Source: the human T2T-CHM13v2.0 reference genome, Homo sapiens
Reading direction: 5' to 3' (one strand)
Assembly (NCBI RefSeq): GCF_009914755.1
Contig: NC_060929.1
Length of the DNA: 64,000 nt
The notes under the pieces are model-generated. The model saw nothing but the letters and a program-made list of their open reading frames with translations. It was not told the origin of the DNA and searched no databases. Position numbers and translations under genes: made by a program. Shown here in pieces: positions 57,232 through 64,000 of this stretch. Within the stretch, counting starts at the first letter, position 1. Each line of letters starts with the position of its first letter.

Positions 57232-57270
<39 letters not shown>
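57224..57270. repeat. (CG)7(CA)15 alternating purine-pyrimidine tract
   Basis: CACGCGCGCGCGCGCGCACACAC... read directly. Confidence 0.95.
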
Positions 57271-57271
<1 letters not shown>

Positions 57272-58688
57272 AGCTTCACTGACAATGGCTGCAGTGCAAG
57301 AACACTCAGCTGCCATCCAGGGTGTTCTTGGTCTGTAATTGAATTTTCATGGGAAGCTGGAGCACACCCACAGTCTCAGAAGAAGGGAAGGGAGTTGGAT
57401 AATAACTATTATGGGAGCTAATGTGTCCCAGGCCTTCATCTCCAAGCCCTTAGTGAACGATATGATTGTTTTTAATCCTCATACCAACCAGAAAGGAAGT
57501 ATGGTTATTATCCCCATTTTATGGATGAGCTCAGAAAGGTTAAAAAACTTGCCAAGGTCACACACACCCTAGCAAATCTCCATGGCAGGGGCAACCAAAG
57601 TAACGGCGCATACCAGTCTTCCATGGAGAGTGTTGCCTGCCTACCAATGGTTTAGTGACTCTGACCAAGCCATTTCTGAAGGGTGCTGATCTGTTTCCAC
57701 TTGGCAAGGTCCCCAGAACAGCCCAGAGTGCAGGCTCAACCTTACCAACTTTTTGCATGGGGCATGGAATGGTGGAAGCTGGACAAAGTAAAGGTGACCC
57801 CTGAAGCTTTGGATCTGAGTGTGGACAAGGCTGGTGCCACAGCACCTGATCACCAACTCTGATATGCATGAACCTACCACCATGCCTGCTTGACTCACTC
57901 GTCTGGTCATGATCCCGGCTAAATGGGTCATCCCCACCACTCACTGACCCTCCGTGGTTCCAGGAGCCTGCTGAGAGACAGCCTGGACTGGCCCCTTCCC
58001 AGCCCCCAGGGCTCTCTCTCCAATTGCTGGAGACTGTCTCACCACCCAGAAAGAGATTTCTGGGTGGAAGAAGTCTCTTTCTCCTCAGTCCTGTCACCCT
58101 GTGCCTTCCCAGCCAGTGTTCCTGTCCACTCTCTTGCCTGCCCCTGAGGCACCACTCCTCAAGGCCCTGTCCTAGCTCCTCCATTCCTCCCCAGATGCTC
58201 ATTGTCTAGGGTTGTTTGTGCTGTTTGCGCTGTCTAATAACCACATCCCTTCTAAACTGTCCCTACCCTCCTTTTGTGCTCTTACTCCAGCCACACTGGA
58301 CTTGTTCTGGGAGGACAGTGATCAGAGGCCACCTGGCCCAGTCAAGGAGCCACTCCTCCCCTTCAGGCTCAGTCTGAAGCAGGCTGCCCTGTTAGGGCTC
58401 CACTCTGGTCTGTCTACTTCCCAGGCGGGTGCCATCTCCAACAGCTGATTTCTGCTTATCTCAGCAGTACCTCAGCTTTCCCATCAATTCTGTGAGCATG
58501 CTTGCAACCAGGAACCCTGGCTGGCTCTGCTGTCACAACAAGGGCCTCAGGAACTCTGCAGTTATGACCACTCCCAAATAGGTATCTCCAGCCCAGACCT
58601 AAATATTCCCTACTTCTGAACCTTAAAGATGGACATTTCTGAGACCCATACCCAAATTTCTTACATCTGTAAACAACCTACTGCTGCA

Positions 58689-58847
58689 TTCTTCTTCTTC
58701 TTCCTCTTCTTCTTCTTCTTCTTTTCTTCTTCTTCTTCTTCTTCTTCTTCTTCTTCTTCTTCTTCTTCTTCTTCTTCTTCTTCTTCTTCTTCTTCTTCTT
58801 CTTCCTCTTCCTCTTCTTCTTCTTTCCTCTTCCTCTTCTTCTTCTTT
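58689..58847. repeat. (TTC/GAA)n tract, ~160 bp, with 27 uninterrupted units at 58724-58804
   Basis: Read directly. Confidence 0.97.
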
Positions 58848-59137
58848 GGCTTCTAAATAGATTTTAATTACTTAGAAACAACACAATTTCGTACCAAATG
58901 TTTAACAAGCATCTTTGCTAAAATGTGAAATCAGCATTATTTGCATCCAATCAGCTACACAAAACTCACCAATTTTTCATCTGACAAAAGGTAGTCAAAA
59001 TCCCAAAGAATAAGGGAAAGACTACTCATTAAAGGTCATGTTCACTAATCTAGCACCGTAATTCCAGTCTTAGAACCTCCCAAACGGCTGAAAGGAAGAT
59101 GTGGAAAGAGATAAGGATGTCGGAAATATAAGGGTAA
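58848..59137 (-). pseudogene. Putative retrocopied mRNA 3' end, parent gene unidentified
   Basis: Non-repeat-looking, U-rich on the minus strand, ending ATTAAA-15 nt-AAAGAAGAAG... Confidence 0.5.
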
Positions 59138-59548
59138 TGTAACAAGAAAAACCCAAAATTGTATTAAAAAAAATACCTTCTCCCAAATTGAGAGGGAGCC
59201 AAGAGACCAAAGAGTGCCTCAGACAAGTCCAGCTTGGTAAGCAAATGAGTTTATGAGGACTTACACACAAGGCATTCCTGGATGGCAGTGGGACAGCTTT
59301 AGAGATCTGTGCCACCTCCCATCCCTAAGCTGCTTTTAAGCTAATTTTCTGGCTCTTTGCTTCTTCTGTGTGTGTGATGGGACTCTTTCCCTTGGTAGGT
59401 TCTCAGCTATTCTCTGGGATGTTTGGGTCCTCAGGGTCATTTGCTCCTTGGCTGGGTACCATGGCCTTGGGTCATCACCTGATCTTCAGAGTTCAGGCAG
59501 CGGACATACACCCTTGAGTCACCTGGCCGGGGAACCTGTCATACTTCA
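59138..59548 (-). mobile_element. 3' LTR of class III ERV (LTR32-like)
   Basis: TG...CA termini; preceded on the minus strand by the purine-rich tract GGGGAATGGGATGAAT. Confidence 0.8.
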
Positions 59549-63699
<4,151 letters not shown>

Positions 63700-63749
63700 C
63701 AGTCCTTGTTTTTATCTAGCTCATTAAGGTCCACAAATACCTCGCCCAT

Positions 63750-64000
63750 ATCATAACCCTTTTTAAACTGGAAATGACCTAGACATTCAATGAGTACCTA
63801 AAGTAATTTTAAGATTTTAAACTATACAGAATTTTCACCTACACACATTTATCTCATTTACATGTACTCAGTTTATTCATTTTTAGCAGTTTATCTAGAT
63901 TACTTGTGAGAACCAAGACAGTCAACAAAGCTAATCGTCATTGCAAGTTATTTCCCTGTTAACCATTTTCATAGCTTGTGAATATCAGGTGTTCATCTAA
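63750..64000. mobile_element. ERV1 (MER4-group-like) internal sequence, runs off the window
   Basis: AT-rich GTTTATCTAGATTACTT...AAGTTATTTCCCTGTTAACCATTTT resembles MER4-group internal regions (from memory). Confidence 0.45.

Noticed and set aside
58629-58856. Poly-Phe/poly-Ser ORF
   Set aside because: Translation of the TTC repeat

Overview
This is mammalian genomic DNA, recognisably the human 5q31.1 P4HA2-PDLIM4 interval. It contains the CpG-island promoter and two non-coding 5' exons of P4HA2 (minus strand, coding exons lie left of the window). A ~30 kb repeat-rich spacer follows, then the complete 7-exon PDLIM4 (RIL) gene on the plus strand; its spliced CDS is 993 nt = 330 aa (PDZ, ZASP-like motif, LIM) and all splice phases are consistent. 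The right end holds a decayed class III (ERV-L/HERV-S-like) provirus. Nearly all other ORFs in the track are Alu-, L1- or GC-composition artefacts. I found no evidence of a new multi-gene biological system. The best leads are: an in-frame, stop-free PDLIM4 intron 5; a 63-bp templated insertion copied from 2.4 kb away into an MLT1 LTR; a ~400-bp dispersed duplication of an LTR plus its flank; a (GAA)n tract that looks like the converted poly(A) tail of an unidentified retrocopy abutting the provirus; a perfect CTCF site just 3' of PDLIM4; and a ~24 kb Alu-free zone over PDLIM4. Repeat subfamily names are from memory and need RepeatMasker/Dfam confirmation.
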